In this document: piece after piece, positions 39,278-50,561 of the stretch | Layout: each line of letters begins with the position of its first letter | How positions within the stretch are numbered: the first letter of the stretch is position 1 | DNA from: an uncultured Bacilli bacterium | GTDB lineage: Bacteria > Bacillota_I > Bacilli_A > RF39 > UBA660 | DNA length: 64,000 bases | Assembly (NCBI GenBank): GCA_944350495.1 | Contig: CALVOZ010000002.1 | Coordinates: forward strand, 222,193 to 286,192 | Direction: 5' to 3' | Position numbers and translations under genes: made by a program | Notes under the pieces: generated by a model | Told to the model about the DNA's origin: nothing | Database searches by the model: none | What the model saw: only the letters and a program-made list of their open reading frames with translations

Positions 39278-39550
39278 ATGGCAAGAAGTCTTAAAAAAGG
39301 ACCTTTTGTAGACGAAAGTTTAATGAAAAAGGTTAGAAAAAATAATGAATCTGAGAAAAAAGAAGTTATTAAAACTTGGTCACGCCGTTCAACAATTTTC
39401 CCAGAATTTATAGGAAACACATTTGCTGTTCATAGCGGTAAGGAATTCGTTCCGGTTTATGTAACAGAAGATATGGTAGGACATAAATTAGGAGAATTTG
39501 TTCCAACACGTAAATTCGGTGGTCATGGCGAAAACAAGGAAAGTAAATAA
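39278..39550 (+). CDS. rpsS: 30S ribosomal protein S19
   Basis: [12 protein letters not shown] and GHKLGEF. Confidence 0.96.
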   Translation: MARSLKKGPFVDESLMKKVRKNNESEKKEVIKTWSRRSTIFPEFIGNTFAVHSGKEFVPVYVTEDMVGHKLGEFVPTRKFGGHGENKESK

Positions 39551-39575
39551 TTGAAGTTAAGGAAGGAGGACTAAA

Positions 39576-39911
39576 ATGGAAGCAAAAGCGATAGCAAAAG
39601 GAGTTAGAATTCCTGCACGTAAAGCTCGTTTAGTAATAGATTTAATACGTGGTAAAAACGTATCAGACGCAGATAAAATTTTAAATAATTTAAATAAAGA
39701 AGCTGCAAGATTAATTCGTAAAGTCTTAACTTCAGCTGTTGCAAATGCTGAAAACAATTTAAGTTTAGATAAATCTAAATTATATGTTAAAGAAGCATTT
39801 GTTAATGAAGGTCAAACCTTAAAAAGAATGAGATTTGGTTCTCGTGGTCACGTAGATCCAATTAAGAAAAGAACAAGTCACATTACTATTGTAGTAAGTG
39901 AAAGAAACTAA
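39576..39911 (+). CDS. rplV: 50S ribosomal protein L22
   Basis: [18 protein letters not shown]. Confidence 0.95.
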   Translation: MEAKAIAKGVRIPARKARLVIDLIRGKNVSDADKILNNLNKEAARLIRKVLTSAVANAENNLSLDKSKLYVKEAFVNEGQTLKRMRFGSRGHVDPIKKRTSHITIVVSERN

Positions 39912-39929
39912 AGTAAAGGAGGAACACTT

Positions 39930-40607
39930 GTGGGTCAAAAAGTTAGTCCAATAGGACTTAGAGTTGGTATCAATAAAGGTTGGGAATCTACTTGGTATGC
40001 TGAAAAACAAGATTTTGCAAAATTTTTAGCTAATGATAACAAGATTCGTAAGTATTTAACTAAAAAGTTAAAAGATGCTTCAGTTTCAAGCGTTCTTATT
40101 GAAAGAAACGATAAAAGAACAGAAGTAATCATTAATACTGCTAAACCAGGTGTTGTAATTGGACACGGTGGAGACGAAATTGAAAAGTTAAAAGCAGAAT
40201 TATCAAAATTAGTTAATGAAAACGTTCAAATTTCTATTAAAGAAGTTAAGAACCCAGACTTAGATGCAGCATTAGTTGCTGAAAATATTGCTCGTCAAAT
40301 TGAAGGACGTGTGTCTTTCAGAATTGCCCAAAAAAGAGCAGTAAGAAATACAATGAAAGCCGGAGCGAAAGGAATTAAAACTGCCGTTTCTGGTCGTTTA
40401 GGTGGAGCTGATATGGCTCGTACTGAGGGATATATCGAGGGAATTATTCCACTACATACTTTAAGAGCAGACATTGATTACGCTCATAAAGAAGCAGATA
40501 CAGCTTATGGAAAAATTGGTGTTAAAGTATGGATTTGTAAAGGTGAAATACTTCCTGAGAAAAATAAGGGAGGTAATGAAGATGGCCGTAATACCAAAAA
40601 GAACTAA
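39930..40607 (+). CDS. rpsC: 30S ribosomal protein S3
   Basis: GTG start after AAGGAGG, then [13 protein letters not shown]. Confidence 0.96.
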   Translation: MGQKVSPIGLRVGINKGWESTWYAEKQDFAKFLANDNKIRKYLTKKLKDASVSSVLIERNDKRTEVIINTAKPGVVIGHGGDEIEKLKAELSKLVNENVQISIKEVKNPDLDAALVAENIARQIEGRVSFRIAQKRAVRNTMKAGAKGIKTAVSGRLGGADMARTEGYIEGIIPLHTLRADIDYAHKEADTAYGKIGVKVWICKGEILPEKNKGGNEDGRNTKKN

Positions 40608-41010
40608 ATACCGTAATCCTCATCGCTTACCTTATGATGGAAAAGCAAGAGGAAACACTGAATTACATTTAGGTGAATACGGATTAATGGCAATGGAAGG
40701 CGCTTGGATTACAGAACGTCAAATTGAAGCAGCCAGAGTTGCTATGACACGTTTTACAAAACGTGGTGGTAGAGTATATAAAAATATTTTCCCACATTTA
40801 TCATTAACAAAGAAACCACTAGAAACTCGTCAAGGTAAAGGTAAAGGTTCTCATGATGCATGGGTAGCAGTAGTTAAAGAAGGAAAGATTATGTTTGAAA
40901 TGTCAGGAGTTGATGAAGCAACAGCTCGTGAAGCATTACGTCTTGCTAGTCATAAACTTCCTATCAAATGTAAATTTGTTAAGAAAGAAAGCGGTGTAAA
41001 TAATGACTAA
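40582..41010 (+). CDS. rplP: 50S ribosomal protein L16
   Basis: [12 protein letters not shown]. The ATG lies 8 nt after AAGGGAGG and overlaps the rpsC end. The track start at 40474 is rejected. Confidence 0.93.
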   Translation: MAVIPKRTKYRNPHRLPYDGKARGNTELHLGEYGLMAMEGAWITERQIEAARVAMTRFTKRGGRVYKNIFPHLSLTKKPLETRQGKGKGSHDAWVAVVKEGKIMFEMSGVDEATAREALRLASHKLPIKCKFVKKESGVNND

Positions 41011-41200
41011 TAAAGAAATTAGAGAATTATCAAACGAAGAAATACTTTCAAAAATCGAAGAATATAAAGCAGAATTATTTAATTTACGTTTTTCACAAGC
41101 TACAGGATCTTTAGAAAAACCTTCAAGAATAAAAGAATTAAGAAAGTTAGTTGCACGTATGAAAACAATTCTACGTGAAAGAGAACTATCTAGTAAATAA
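41003..41200 (+). CDS. rpmC: 50S ribosomal protein L29
   Basis: [25 protein letters not shown]. Confidence 0.94.
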   Translation: MTNKEIRELSNEEILSKIEEYKAELFNLRFSQATGSLEKPSRIKELRKLVARMKTILRERELSSK

Positions 41201-41213
41201 TTAGGAGGATAAT

Positions 41214-41474
41214 ATGGAAGAAAAAAGAACTCGTGAATTAGTAGGTAAAGTTATTAGCGATGCTAATGATAAAACTGTTACTGTTTTAGTAGAAACATAC
41301 AAAAAAGATAGCTTATATGGAAAAAGAGTTAAATATTCTAAAAAATATGCTGCACATGACGAAAAGAATGAGGCTAAAAAAGGTGATACTGTAAGAATCA
41401 CTGAAACTAGACCATTATCTAAAACTAAACATTTCCGTGTTGTGGAAATAGTAGAAAAAGCAGTTATTCTATAA
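41214..41474 (+). CDS. rpsQ: 30S ribosomal protein S17
   Basis: [17 protein letters not shown]...YGKRVK. Confidence 0.95.
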   Translation: MEEKRTRELVGKVISDANDKTVTVLVETYKKDSLYGKRVKYSKKYAAHDEKNEAKKGDTVRITETRPLSKTKHFRVVEIVEKAVIL

Positions 41475-41503
41475 TTGCAATTTGACGAAGGAGGAATTAA
41501 TAT

Positions 41504-41872
41504 ATGATTCAACAAGAAAGCCGTTTAAAAGTAGCTGACAATTCAGGTGCAAAAGAATTATTAGTAATTCGTGTACTTGGTGGGTCAAAAGTTAAAACTG
41601 GTAATATTGGTGATGTAGTGGTTGCAACTGTTAAAAGCGCACTACCTAACGGGACTGTTCAAAAGGGTAAAGTTGTAAAAGCAGTAATTGTTAGAAGTAA
41701 ATTTGGTCTTAGAAGAGAAGATGGATCTTATATTAAATTTGATGATAACGCTGCAGTTATTATTAAAGATGATAAGAGTCCAGTTGGAACTCGTGTATTT
41801 GGACCAGTAGCACGTGAATTACGTGACAAAAATTTTATGAAAATTATATCACTTGCTAAAGAAGTGTTATAA
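41504..41872 (+). CDS. rplN: 50S ribosomal protein L14
   Basis: [19 protein letters not shown]. Confidence 0.97.
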   Translation: MIQQESRLKVADNSGAKELLVIRVLGGSKVKTGNIGDVVVATVKSALPNGTVQKGKVVKAVIVRSKFGLRREDGSYIKFDDNAAVIIKDDKSPVGTRVFGPVARELRDKNFMKIISLAKEVL

Positions 41873-41890
41873 AAGTTTGGAGGAATGAAA

Positions 41891-42199
41891 ATGAACTTTA
41901 AAACTGGAGATAAAGTAGTTGTCATTGCTGGAAAAGATAAAGGTAAAGAAGGAAAAATTTCACACGTATTACGTGCTGAAAACAAAGTTGTTGTTGAAGG
42001 TGTTAACGTTGCAAAAAAACACGTTAAAGGAAACGGACAAACTGCTGGTAGTATCGTTGAAGTAGAAGCTCCAATTCATGCTTCTAACGTAATGATTGTT
42101 GATCCTAAAACCGGAAAAAGAACCAGAATAGGACATTCTACAGATAAAAAAGGCAATAAAATTAGAATTACTAAAAAATCTAATGAAAGTCTTAATTAA
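41891..42199 (+). CDS. rplX: 50S ribosomal protein L24
   Basis: [21 protein letters not shown]. The ATG lies 7 nt after GGAGG. Confidence 0.94.
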   Translation: MNFKTGDKVVVIAGKDKGKEGKISHVLRAENKVVVEGVNVAKKHVKGNGQTAGSIVEVEAPIHASNVMIVDPKTGKRTRIGHSTDKKGNKIRITKKSNESLN

Positions 42200-42216
42200 T
42201 TGGAAGGAGGGTATAT

Positions 42217-42756
42217 ATGAACCGCCTAAAAGAAAAATACGAAAAAGAAATCGTATCTAGTTTAAGAGAAAAATATAATTACAAAAATGTTATGGAAGTA
42301 CCAAAACTTGATAAAATCGTAGTTAATATTGGTTGTGGTGATGCAACTGGTAATTCAAAATTATTAGAAGCAGCTATGAAAGACCTTGAGTTAATAACTG
42401 GTCAAAAACCAATTGCTACAAAATCAAAAAAATCAATTGCTGGATTTAAATTAAGAGAAGGACAAGCAATTGGTTGTAAAGTAACTCTTCGTGGTGAAAA
42501 TATGTATAACTTCTTAGATAAATTAATTAGTATTACATTACCACGTGTAAGAGACTTTAGAGGTATATCTAATAAATCATTTGATGGTAGAGGAAACTAT
42601 ACATTAGGGCTTACAGAACAATTAATCTTCTCAGAAATAGAGTTTGATAATATTGTTAAAGTTCGTGGTATGGATATTGTATTCGTAACTACAGCTAAAA
42701 CTAATGAAGAAGCTCTTGATCTCTTAAAAGGTTTCGGTATGCCATTTAAGAAATAA
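42217..42756 (+). CDS. rplE: 50S ribosomal protein L5
   Basis: [13 protein letters not shown] and [10 protein letters not shown]. Confidence 0.96.
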   Translation: MNRLKEKYEKEIVSSLREKYNYKNVMEVPKLDKIVVNIGCGDATGNSKLLEAAMKDLELITGQKPIATKSKKSIAGFKLREGQAIGCKVTLRGENMYNFLDKLISITLPRVRDFRGISNKSFDGRGNYTLGLTEQLIFSEIEFDNIVKVRGMDIVFVTTAKTNEEALDLLKGFGMPFKK

Positions 42757-42773
42757 TTACTTAGGAGGAAAAT

Positions 42774-42959
42774 ATGGCTAAGAAAAGTATGAAAATTAAA
42801 GCTAGCCGTGAGCCAAAATTCGAAGTACGTAGATATACTCGTTGTACTCGTTGTGGAAGACCACATGCTGTATTAAAAAAATACGGTATTTGTAGAATTT
42901 GTTTTCGTGAACTAGCTTATAAAGGACAAATCCCAGGAATGAAAAAATCTAGTTGGTAG
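42774..42959 (+). CDS. rpsZ: 30S ribosomal protein S14 type Z (Zn-ribbon)
   Basis: 61 aa with [23 protein letters not shown]. Confidence 0.95.
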   Translation: MAKKSMKIKASREPKFEVRRYTRCTRCGRPHAVLKKYGICRICFRELAYKGQIPGMKKSSW

Positions 42960-42975
42960 AAAAGGAGGGAAGTAT

Positions 42976-43371
42976 ATGGTAACAGATCCAATAGCTGATA
43001 TGCTTACAAGAATTCGTAATGCAAATCAGATGAGAAATAAAGAAGTAGAAATTCCTGCTTCAAAAATGAAAGTTGAAATTGCTAGAATCCTAAAAGAAGA
43101 AGGATTTATAGTAGACTATAAAACTAAGAAAAACAATGTTCAAGATATTTTAGTGTTAACTCTAAAATATACTGAAAATAAAGAGCGTGTAATCACTGGA
43201 TTAAAGAGAATTTCTAAACCAGGTTTACGTGCATATGTTAAGGCTGACGAAGTACCAAAAGTATTAAATGGTCTAGGTATTGCTATTATATCTACCTCAA
43301 AAGGTTTAATGACTGATAGAAGCGCTAGACAACAATCACTTGGTGGAGAAGTTTTAGCTTACATTTGGTAG
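42976..43371 (+). CDS. rpsH: 30S ribosomal protein S8
   Basis: [14 protein letters not shown]. Confidence 0.96.
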   Translation: MVTDPIADMLTRIRNANQMRNKEVEIPASKMKVEIARILKEEGFIVDYKTKKNNVQDILVLTLKYTENKERVITGLKRISKPGLRAYVKADEVPKVLNGLGIAIISTSKGLMTDRSARQQSLGGEVLAYIW

Positions 43372-43387
43372 AAAGGATTGAGATTTA

Positions 43388-43921
43388 ATGAGTCGTGTTG
43401 GAAATAGAACAATTATTATTCCAGCTGGTGTAACGGTTTCTGTTGATGGCAACATCGTTACAGTAAAAGGTCCTAAAGGTGAACTTTCTACTGAAGTTAA
43501 TAAAAATTTAACTGTTGTAGTAACAGAAACAGAAGTTAAAATAACTAGAGATAATGATAATTATAAACAATTTCATGGAACTGCTAATGCTAATATTAAT
43601 AATATGATTATTGGTGTTACAACAGGATATGAAAAGAAATTAGAGTGTGTCGGTGTAGGTTATCGTTTCCAATTAAAGGGAAAAGAATTAGTAATTTCTG
43701 CCGGACATTCTCACAATTGGACTCCAGCAATTCCTGATGGAATTACTGTTGAAGTACCAAGCAATACTGAATTATTAATTAAAGGTATTGATAAACAATT
43801 AGTTGGAGAATTCGCAGCTAATATAAGAAAAATAAGAAAGCCTGAACCTTATAAAGGAAAAGGAATTCGTTATGCTGATGAACAAGTTCAACGTAAAGAA
43901 GGAAAGAAAGCTTCTAAATAG
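43388..43921 (+). CDS. rplF: 50S ribosomal protein L6
   Basis: MSRVGNRTIIIPAGV and PEPYKGKGIRY. Confidence 0.96.
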   Translation: MSRVGNRTIIIPAGVTVSVDGNIVTVKGPKGELSTEVNKNLTVVVTETEVKITRDNDNYKQFHGTANANINNMIIGVTTGYEKKLECVGVGYRFQLKGKELVISAGHSHNWTPAIPDGITVEVPSNTELLIKGIDKQLVGEFAANIRKIRKPEPYKGKGIRYADEQVQRKEGKKASK

Positions 43922-43939
43922 TAGAAAAGGAGAGAAACT

Positions 43940-44302
43940 ATGATAAAAAAAGTAGCTCGTAATGAAGCACGTCAAGCAAGACATAGTCGTGTAAGAGCAA
44001 AAGTATCTGGTACTGCTAGTGTACCAAGATTAAATGTTTTTAGATCAAATAGTAATATTTTTGCACAAATTATTGATGATGAAAAAGCTGTTACTTTAGT
44101 TAGTGCCTCTTCTATTGATAAAGAGTTAAAGCTTGAAAATGGTAGCAACGTTGAAGCAGCAACTAAAGTAGGAGAATTATTAGCTAAGAGGGCTAAAGAA
44201 GCAAAAATAACAAAAGTAGTTTTCGATAGAGGTGGATACCAATATCATGGACGTGTTAAAGCATTAGCAGATGCTGCACGTGAAAACGGACTAGAATTCT
44301 AA
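43940..44302 (+). CDS. rplR: 50S ribosomal protein L18
   Basis: [19 protein letters not shown] and [14 protein letters not shown]. Confidence 0.95.
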   Translation: MIKKVARNEARQARHSRVRAKVSGTASVPRLNVFRSNSNIFAQIIDDEKAVTLVSASSIDKELKLENGSNVEAATKVGELLAKRAKEAKITKVVFDRGGYQYHGRVKALADAARENGLEF

Positions 44303-44311
44303 AGGAGGGTA

Positions 44312-44920
44312 ATGATGGAACAAGAAGTAGAAAAAGTTGAAGAAGTTCAATCAACTGAAACAGTTGAATCAACTGGTAAAGCTGGAAAAAGAGATTCTCG
44401 TAAGTCAGACAGAAAACCAAGAGAACCAAGAGCTAAACAACCAAAACTTTATGAAGAAGAAGTAATTTCTATCGGTCGTGTTACTAAAGTTACGAAAGGT
44501 GGACGTCATTTCCGTTTTTCTGCCGTTGTAGTAGTAGGAGATAGAAAAGGTAGAGTTGGTCTTGGAACTGGTAAGGCTAACGAAGTACCAGATGCTATTA
44601 AGAAAGCTAGTCAAGCTGCTGCTAAGAATGTTGTTAAAGTTGCTATCGTTGACGATAGAACTATTTCACATGAAGCAATCGGTGTTGAAGGAGCTAGTAA
44701 AGTTATGTTAAGACCTGCTGCAAAAGGTACAGGAGTAAAAGCTGGTGGACCAGTTCGTTCAGTATTAGAGATGGCAGGCGTTAAAGACATTTTATCTAAA
44801 TCATTAGGTTCAAGTACAAAAATTAATATGGCATATGCAACCCTTAATGCATTAAAATCACAAAAAACATTAGAAGAAGTTGCAAAACTTCGTGGTAAGA
44901 AAGTTGAGGACTTGATGTAA
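44312..44920 (+). CDS. rpsE: 30S ribosomal protein S5 with an N-terminal charged extension
   Basis: The core is [27 protein letters not shown]. About 45 residues ([43 protein letters not shown]) precede it. Confidence 0.94.
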   Translation: MMEQEVEKVEEVQSTETVESTGKAGKRDSRKSDRKPREPRAKQPKLYEEEVISIGRVTKVTKGGRHFRFSAVVVVGDRKGRVGLGTGKANEVPDAIKKASQAAAKNVVKVAIVDDRTISHEAIGVEGASKVMLRPAAKGTGVKAGGPVRSVLEMAGVKDILSKSLGSSTKINMAYATLNALKSQKTLEEVAKLRGKKVEDLM

Positions 44921-45363
44921 TGAAATTATATGAAATTAATCAACCAGAAGGAGCTATTAAAAAACGTAAAAGAGTAGGACGTGGAGTTGCTACTGGTAAC
45001 GGTAAAACAAGTGGTAAAGGACATAAGGGACAAAATGCTAGAAGTGGTGGAGGAGTAAGACCTGGTTTTGAAGGTGGACAATTACCATTATTCAGAAGAT
45101 TACCAAAAAGAGGATTTACAAATGCTCCATTTAAAACTGAATATGCAACAATTAATTTAAGTGATTTAGAAAAATTTGAAGATGGAGCTGTAGTAACTCC
45201 AGAATTATTAAAAGAAATGGGAATTGTTAAGAAACAATTAGCTGGAATTAAAGTATTAGGTAACGGTGAATTAACTAAGAAAGTTACAGTTAAAGCTTCT
45301 AAATTTTCAAAAACTGCTGTAGAAAAAATAGAAAAATTAGGTGGAAAAGCTGAGGTGATTTAA
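44920..45363 (+). CDS. rplO: 50S ribosomal protein L15
   Basis: [19 protein letters not shown]. The start overlaps the rpsE stop (TAATG), so no rpmD lies between them. Confidence 0.95.
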   Translation: MKLYEINQPEGAIKKRKRVGRGVATGNGKTSGKGHKGQNARSGGGVRPGFEGGQLPLFRRLPKRGFTNAPFKTEYATINLSDLEKFEDGAVVTPELLKEMGIVKKQLAGIKVLGNGELTKKVTVKASKFSKTAVEKIEKLGGKAEVI

Positions 45364-45364
45364 T

Positions 45365-46624
45365 ATGTTTGCAACTTTAAAGCAAATATTTAATCCAAAG
45401 AATAGAGATATTCAAAAGAAAATCCTATTTACTTTTGCTGCCTTATTTATTTTTAAACTAGGAACTGCAATTACTGTACCAGGAATTAACCTAGATACAA
45501 CTAATTTAGAGTTCTTAGAGATAGTCAATGCAATGAGTGGTGGTGCGTTTGAACGTGCTTCAATCTTTGCATTAGGTGTTATGCCTTATATCTCTGCTTC
45601 AATTATTATTCAATTGTTATCTATGGATATCATTCCATATTTATCTGAATTGAGTAAACAAGGCGGAGTAGGACGTAATAAATTAAATCAAATTACTAGA
45701 GTAACTGGAATAATTTTGGCATTCGTTCAAGGATATATGTATTCATTTTCGTATATTAAAAACGGAAGTGCCATGGATTACATGTCTTACTCATTAGTAT
45801 TAACTGCAGGTACTGCGTTAGTATTATGGATCGGTGATCAAATAACTCAAAAAGGAATAGGTAACGGGGTTTCAATGATAATTATGGCTGGTATTATAGC
45901 TACTTTACCATCAATGTTCTCTAGTTTATGGACAGAGTTAGTTAATGGTGGTAATGGTTTTATTGGAATTTTAACTTTTGCTTTATTCATTTTAGTATTT
46001 TTAGCAATTATAATTGGTGTTATCTTTGTTGAGAATGCAGAACGTAGAATACCAATTCAATATGCTAACAAATCAACAAGTACCTTAGGAAAACAAAATT
46101 ATATTCCATTTAAATTGAATAGTGCTGGTGTAATGCCTGTTATCTTCGCATCAGCTGTTATTTCAATTCCACAAATCATCGCTTCATTTGTGAAAAATGC
46201 TGATTTATCATTATTTATTACTAAGTATATTAGTTATACAGCAGTAACAGGTTTTATATTATATATGTTATTAATTATTGCTTTTGCATATATTTATACA
46301 TTTATGCAATTAAAACCAAAGGAATTATCTGAAAATTTAGGTAAGAATGGTGGATATATTCCAGGAGTTAGACCAGGAAGCGAAACCGAAGAATATATCA
46401 GTAAAATATTAAAGAGGATAACAATTGTTGGTGCTTGCTTTTTAGCACTACTTGCTGCACTTCCAATTCTATTTAGCGAGTTCTCAACACTACAAACAAG
46501 TATCACTATAAGTGGTACTGGACTTTTAATCGTTGTTGGTGTTGCTTTAGAGACATATAAACAATTAGAAAGTCAATTAGTTAGTAGAACATACACTAAA
46601 GGAAGAAAAGGGAGAAGAAGATAA
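45365..46624 (+). CDS. secY: Preprotein translocase subunit SecY
   Basis: 419 aa with 10 TM segments and GVMPYISASIIIQLL. Confidence 0.96.
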   Translation: MFATLKQIFNPKNRDIQKKILFTFAALFIFKLGTAITVPGINLDTTNLEFLEIVNAMSGGAFERASIFALGVMPYISASIIIQLLSMDIIPYLSELSKQGGVGRNKLNQITRVTGIILAFVQGYMYSFSYIKNGSAMDYMSYSLVLTAGTALVLWIGDQITQKGIGNGVSMIIMAGIIATLPSMFSSLWTELVNGGNGFIGILTFALFILVFLAIIIGVIFVENAERRIPIQYANKSTSTLGKQNYIPFKLNSAGVMPVIFASAVISIPQIIASFVKNADLSLFITKYISYTAVTGFILYMLLIIAFAYIYTFMQLKPKELSENLGKNGGYIPGVRPGSETEEYISKILKRITIVGACFLALLAALPILFSEFSTLQTSITISGTGLLIVVGVALETYKQLESQLVSRTYTKGRKGRRR

Positions 46625-47286
46625 TGAAAAGTATAATACTTATTGCGCCACCGGCGGCAGGAAAAGGAACAGAAGCTGAACAAATTAGAGTTGATTATAA
46701 TATTCCTAGTATTTCAACAGGAGATCTACTAAGAGATGTTATTAAAGGAAATGATGAAAAAGCTTTAATGATTAAAGATATTTTAAATAGTGGAGCTTTA
46801 GTTCCTGATGATATAGTATTGGAGCTTTTAAAAAATAGAATTTTACAATCAGATTGTGAAAACGGTTATATATTAGACGGATTTCCAAGAACTGTGTCAC
46901 AAGCTGAGGCTTATGACAAAATGCTAGAAGAGTTAAATAGAGATACTGGCCTAGTAATTGTCTTAGATATAGATAAGGAAATTGCAAAATCACGTATAAG
47001 TGGTAGATTTACATGTCCATCATGTAAAAGAATTTATAATGTAAATACAGGAGATATGAAACCAATGCAATCAGGGTTATGTGATGATTGTATGGTTGAA
47101 CTTATTCAACGTAGTGATGACAATCCTGAAACTTATGATGAGAGATATAATACATATCTTGAAAAGACAGCGCCTCTAATATCATTCTATGATAAAAAGG
47201 GAATTGTTTATCACGTAGATTCTTCAAAAAGCCCAAGTATTACTCATGCCCAAGTTATAGAAATATTGGAAAAACATAATGATTAA
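46624..47286 (+). CDS. adk: Adenylate kinase (Zn-lid form)
   Basis: APPAAGKGT P-loop and lid CPSCKRIYN...CDDC. Confidence 0.95.
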   Translation: MKSIILIAPPAAGKGTEAEQIRVDYNIPSISTGDLLRDVIKGNDEKALMIKDILNSGALVPDDIVLELLKNRILQSDCENGYILDGFPRTVSQAEAYDKMLEELNRDTGLVIVLDIDKEIAKSRISGRFTCPSCKRIYNVNTGDMKPMQSGLCDDCMVELIQRSDDNPETYDERYNTYLEKTAPLISFYDKKGIVYHVDSSKSPSITHAQVIEILEKHND

Positions 47287-48025
47287 CATTAAAACATCAA
47301 GAGAAATAGAATTAATGAGCGTAGCTGGTGAAATAGTAGGAGATACTCATAAGTATCTTAAACCTTACTTAAAACCAGGAATAACAACAGCTGAGATAGA
47401 TTCACTAGCTCGCGATTACATTATAAGTAGAGGTGCAACTCCATCTTGTTATCATTATGAAGGATATCCAGCTAATATATGCATTTCAATAAATGAAGAA
47501 GTTGTTCATGGTATTGCTTCTAATCGTAAACTTAAAGACGGTGATATCGTTACTTTAGATATTTGTGCATGTTATAAAGGATATCATGGAGATTCAGCTT
47601 GGAGTTATGGCGTGGGCAATATTTCTGATGAGAAGAAGTATTTGTTAGAACACACAGAAAAAGCATTATATGAAGGTTTAAACGTGATTAAAGAAGGTGC
47701 TAGAGTTGGTGATATTGGATATGCTGTTGAGACATATGCTTTAAAACATAACTTAGGAGTTGTTAAAGAACTTGTAGGTCATGGTGTTGGCAGTAGTCTT
47801 CATGAAGATCCAGAAGTACCAAACTATGGTAAAAAAGGAACAGGTCCTTTGTTAAAAGCGGGAATGGTAATTGCCGTTGAACCTATGCTTAACTTAGGAA
47901 CTGCAGATGTCTATTTATTAGATGATGATTGGACAGTAATAACTGCTGACGGTTGTCCATCTGCTCACTTTGAACATACGATATTAGTTACGAAAGATGG
48001 TTATACAATATTGACGAAGAGGTGA
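47279..48025 (+). CDS. map: Type I methionine aminopeptidase
   Basis: [23 protein letters not shown] and EPM motifs. Confidence 0.95.
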   Translation: MINIKTSREIELMSVAGEIVGDTHKYLKPYLKPGITTAEIDSLARDYIISRGATPSCYHYEGYPANICISINEEVVHGIASNRKLKDGDIVTLDICACYKGYHGDSAWSYGVGNISDEKKYLLEHTEKALYEGLNVIKEGARVGDIGYAVETYALKHNLGVVKELVGHGVGSSLHEDPEVPNYGKKGTGPLLKAGMVIAVEPMLNLGTADVYLLDDDWTVITADGCPSAHFEHTILVTKDGYTILTKR

Positions 48026-48029
48026 TAAA

Positions 48030-48245
48030 ATGGCGAAGCAAGATGTTATAGAAGTTGAAGGTAAAGTACTTGAAGTTTTACCGGGATATTCTTTTAAAGT
48101 AGAATTGTCTAATAAACATGTTATAACGGCACATGTATCAGGTAAAATGCGAATGAACATGATTCGTATTTTAGCTGGAGATACGGTAATGGTTGAATTA
48201 TCGACTTACGATTTATCACATGGTCGTATAACTTACCGAAAGTAG
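48030..48245 (+). CDS. infA: Translation initiation factor IF-1
   Basis: [17 protein letters not shown]...[12 protein letters not shown]. Confidence 0.96.
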   Translation: MAKQDVIEVEGKVLEVLPGYSFKVELSNKHVITAHVSGKMRMNMIRILAGDTVMVELSTYDLSHGRITYRK

Positions 48246-48255
48246 GAGGGATTTT

Positions 48256-48369
48256 ATGAAAGTTAGAGCATCAGTAAAACCTATGTGTGAAAAATGCAAG
48301 GTTATAAGAAGAAAAGGCAAAGTTAGGGTAGTATGTACTAATCCTAAACATAAACAAAGACAAGGTTAA
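48256..48369 (+). CDS. rpmJ: 50S ribosomal protein L36
   Basis: Not in the ORF track because it is under 60 aa. My translation is [46 protein letters not shown] lies 5 nt upstream. Confidence 0.93.
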   Translation: MKVRASVKPMCEKCKVIRRKGKVRVVCTNPKHKQRQG

Positions 48370-48384
48370 TATAGGAGGTGTTTT

Positions 48385-48750
48385 ATGGCACGTATTAAGG
48401 GTGTAGATATACCAAATAATAAGAGAATCGAAGTTTCATTAACTTATATTTATGGTATTGGAAGAAGTTTATCTAATGAAATTTTAAATAATGTTCACGT
48501 AGATAAAGATAAAAGAGCAGGAGATTTATCAAACGATGAATTAAATCTAATTCGTGATGAAGTTAACAAATACATGACTGAAGGAGATTTACGTCGTGAA
48601 GTTAACATGAATATTAAAACTAAAATGGAAATTAATTCTTATCAAGGAACTCGTCATAAAAAAGGTTTACCTGTAAGAGGACAAAGAACAAATAGAAATG
48701 CTCGTACTCGTAAAGGTAAAGGAAAAGTAGTTGCTAATAAGAAAAAATAG
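48385..48750 (+). CDS. rpsM: 30S ribosomal protein S13
   Basis: [26 protein letters not shown]. Confidence 0.96.
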   Translation: MARIKGVDIPNNKRIEVSLTYIYGIGRSLSNEILNNVHVDKDKRAGDLSNDELNLIRDEVNKYMTEGDLRREVNMNIKTKMEINSYQGTRHKKGLPVRGQRTNRNARTRKGKGKVVANKKK

Positions 48751-48774
48751 TTGTAACTAAAGGAGGTTATAAAA

Positions 48775-49158
48775 ATGGCGTATAAAGCAAGAAAAAGAAA
48801 AGTTAAAAAGTCTGTACCAGAAGGTAGAGCTTATATCCATTCAACATTCAATAATACAATTGTTACTATTACAGACGCTGATGGTAATGCAATTAGTTGG
48901 GCTTCAGCTGGAACATTAGGATTTAAAGGTTCTAAGAAGTCAACTCCATTCGCTGCTGGTATGTCAGCAGAAGCAACTGGTAAGGCAGCTTATGACATGG
49001 GAATGAGAAAAGTTGAAGTATTTGTTAAAGGTTTAGGATCAGGAAGAGAGACAGCAGTTCGTTCACTTCAAACAGCAGGTTTAGAAATTACATCTATAAC
49101 TGATGTTACACCTATACCACATAATGGATGTCGTGCACCAAAACGTCCACGTGGATAA
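48775..49158 (+). CDS. rpsK: 30S ribosomal protein S11
   Basis: [14 protein letters not shown] and TPIPHNGCR. Confidence 0.96.
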   Translation: MAYKARKRKVKKSVPEGRAYIHSTFNNTIVTITDADGNAISWASAGTLGFKGSKKSTPFAAGMSAEATGKAAYDMGMRKVEVFVKGLGSGRETAVRSLQTAGLEITSITDVTPIPHNGCRAPKRPRG

Positions 49159-49179
49159 TTTAAGAAAAGGAGTGGGGAA

Positions 49180-50130
49180 ATGTTAAATTTTGAAAAACCA
49201 ACATATAAAATTACAGAATATGTTGAAAATAAAAATTATGGTAAATTTGAATTAGAACCTTTAGAGAGAGGTTTTGGAACAACTTTAGGTAATGCTTTAA
49301 GAAGAATTATGCTATCTAGCATGCCAGGAAGTGCTATCGTTGCTGTTAAAATTGACGGAGTTATGCATGAATTTCAAACAATTGAAGGAATTGTTGAAGA
49401 TGTTACTACTATCATTTTAAATTTAAAAAATGTTGTAGTTAAAAATAATACTCAAGAAGCTAAAATTGTAAAATTATATGCTGACAAAGAGGGAGTAGTT
49501 ACTGCTGCTGATATCGAGTCAGATGCTGATGTTGAAGTAATTTCTAAAGATCAAGTTATTGCTACACTTGCTAAAGGTGGAAAACTTGATATGGAACTTA
49601 TGATTGCAAACGGTAGAGGATATGTTCCATCAAATGAAAATAAATCATTTGTGGACAACGAGAAAAAAGGGTTCATTCCAATTGATGCGATTTACTCACC
49701 AATTGAAAGAGTTAGCTACGAGACTGAAAGCGCACGTGTTGGACAAGACGCTAACTATGACAAATTAATAATGGAAGTTTATACAAATGGTTCTCTTCGC
49801 CCTGAAGAGGCTATGGCTTTAGCAGCTAAAATCATGATTGAACATTTAAATATTGTAACTAATTTAAGTGAAATTGCCGATATTACAGGTATCATGAATG
49901 CTAAACAAGAAGATAATAAATTAAAGAAATTAGAAACATCTATTGATGATTTAGATTTCTCAGTCAGAGCGTATAACTGCTTAAAGAGGGCAGGAGTTAA
50001 TACTTTAGGTGATTTAACTTCTAAATCTGAATTAGAAATGATGAAAATTCGTAATTTAGGTAAAAAGTCTTTAAAAGAAGTAATCGACAAGATTAAAGAA
50101 ATGGGACTTAAATTCCGTGAAGACGATTAG
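49180..50130 (+). CDS. rpoA: DNA-directed RNA polymerase subunit alpha
   Basis: [20 protein letters not shown] and C-terminal domain [22 protein letters not shown]. Confidence 0.97.
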   Translation: MLNFEKPTYKITEYVENKNYGKFELEPLERGFGTTLGNALRRIMLSSMPGSAIVAVKIDGVMHEFQTIEGIVEDVTTIILNLKNVVVKNNTQEAKIVKLYADKEGVVTAADIESDADVEVISKDQVIATLAKGGKLDMELMIANGRGYVPSNENKSFVDNEKKGFIPIDAIYSPIERVSYETESARVGQDANYDKLIMEVYTNGSLRPEEAMALAAKIMIEHLNIVTNLSEIADITGIMNAKQEDNKLKKLETSIDDLDFSVRAYNCLKRAGVNTLGDLTSKSELEMMKIRNLGKKSLKEVIDKIKEMGLKFREDD

Positions 50131-50147
50131 TAGGAAGGAGTTTAGTT

Positions 50148-50504
50148 ATGGCTTATAGAAAATTAGGACGTACAAATAAACATAGAAGAAGTATGCTTGC
50201 TAACTTAACTAAAGCAGTTATCAATAATGAAAGAATTGAAACTACTGAACCAAGAGCTAAAGAAGTTCGTAATATGGTAGACAAAATGATTTCTTATGGT
50301 AAAGATGGTTCTTTAGTAGCAAGAAGAAAAGCATTAGCTTTCTTACATAATGACGTAGATACTGTTAAGAAAGTATTTGATGTTTTAGCACCACGTTACG
50401 CTAATCGTAATGGTGGATATACTAGAATTTTAAAATTAAATGAACGTCGTGGAGACGATGCATTAACTGTAATTTTAGAATTAGTTGAAGGAGATGCTGA
50501 GTAA
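50148..50504 (+). CDS. rplQ: 50S ribosomal protein L17
   Basis: [20 protein letters not shown]. Confidence 0.96.
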   Translation: MAYRKLGRTNKHRRSMLANLTKAVINNERIETTEPRAKEVRNMVDKMISYGKDGSLVARRKALAFLHNDVDTVKKVFDVLAPRYANRNGGYTRILKLNERRGDDALTVILELVEGDAE

Positions 50505-50517
50505 GCATCTTTTTTTT
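50493..50517 (+). terminator. Intrinsic terminator closing the ribosomal cluster
   Basis: GATGCT / AGCATC stem followed by T8. It overlaps the rplQ stop. Confidence 0.7.
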
Positions 50518-50561
50518 ATCCAAAAATTGACTATTTATGATATAATTTAGAAGGTGGTAGT

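Noticed and set aside
40474-40581. An upstream extension of rplP appears in the ORF track.
   Set aside because: L16 conservation starts at [10 protein letters not shown], and the ATG at 40582 has correct SD spacing. The extension lies inside rpsC.
36379-50090. Numerous 60-119-aa minus-strand ORFs in the track lie inside the ribosomal-protein, secY, adk and rpoA genes. Examples are 37648-37896, 39557-39757, 41201-41515, 41728-41985, 42597-42866, 43799-43984, 46294-46506 and 49779-50090.
   Set aside because: They lie entirely antisense to strongly supported conserved genes. They have no RBS, and their low-complexity composition is typical of shadow frames.
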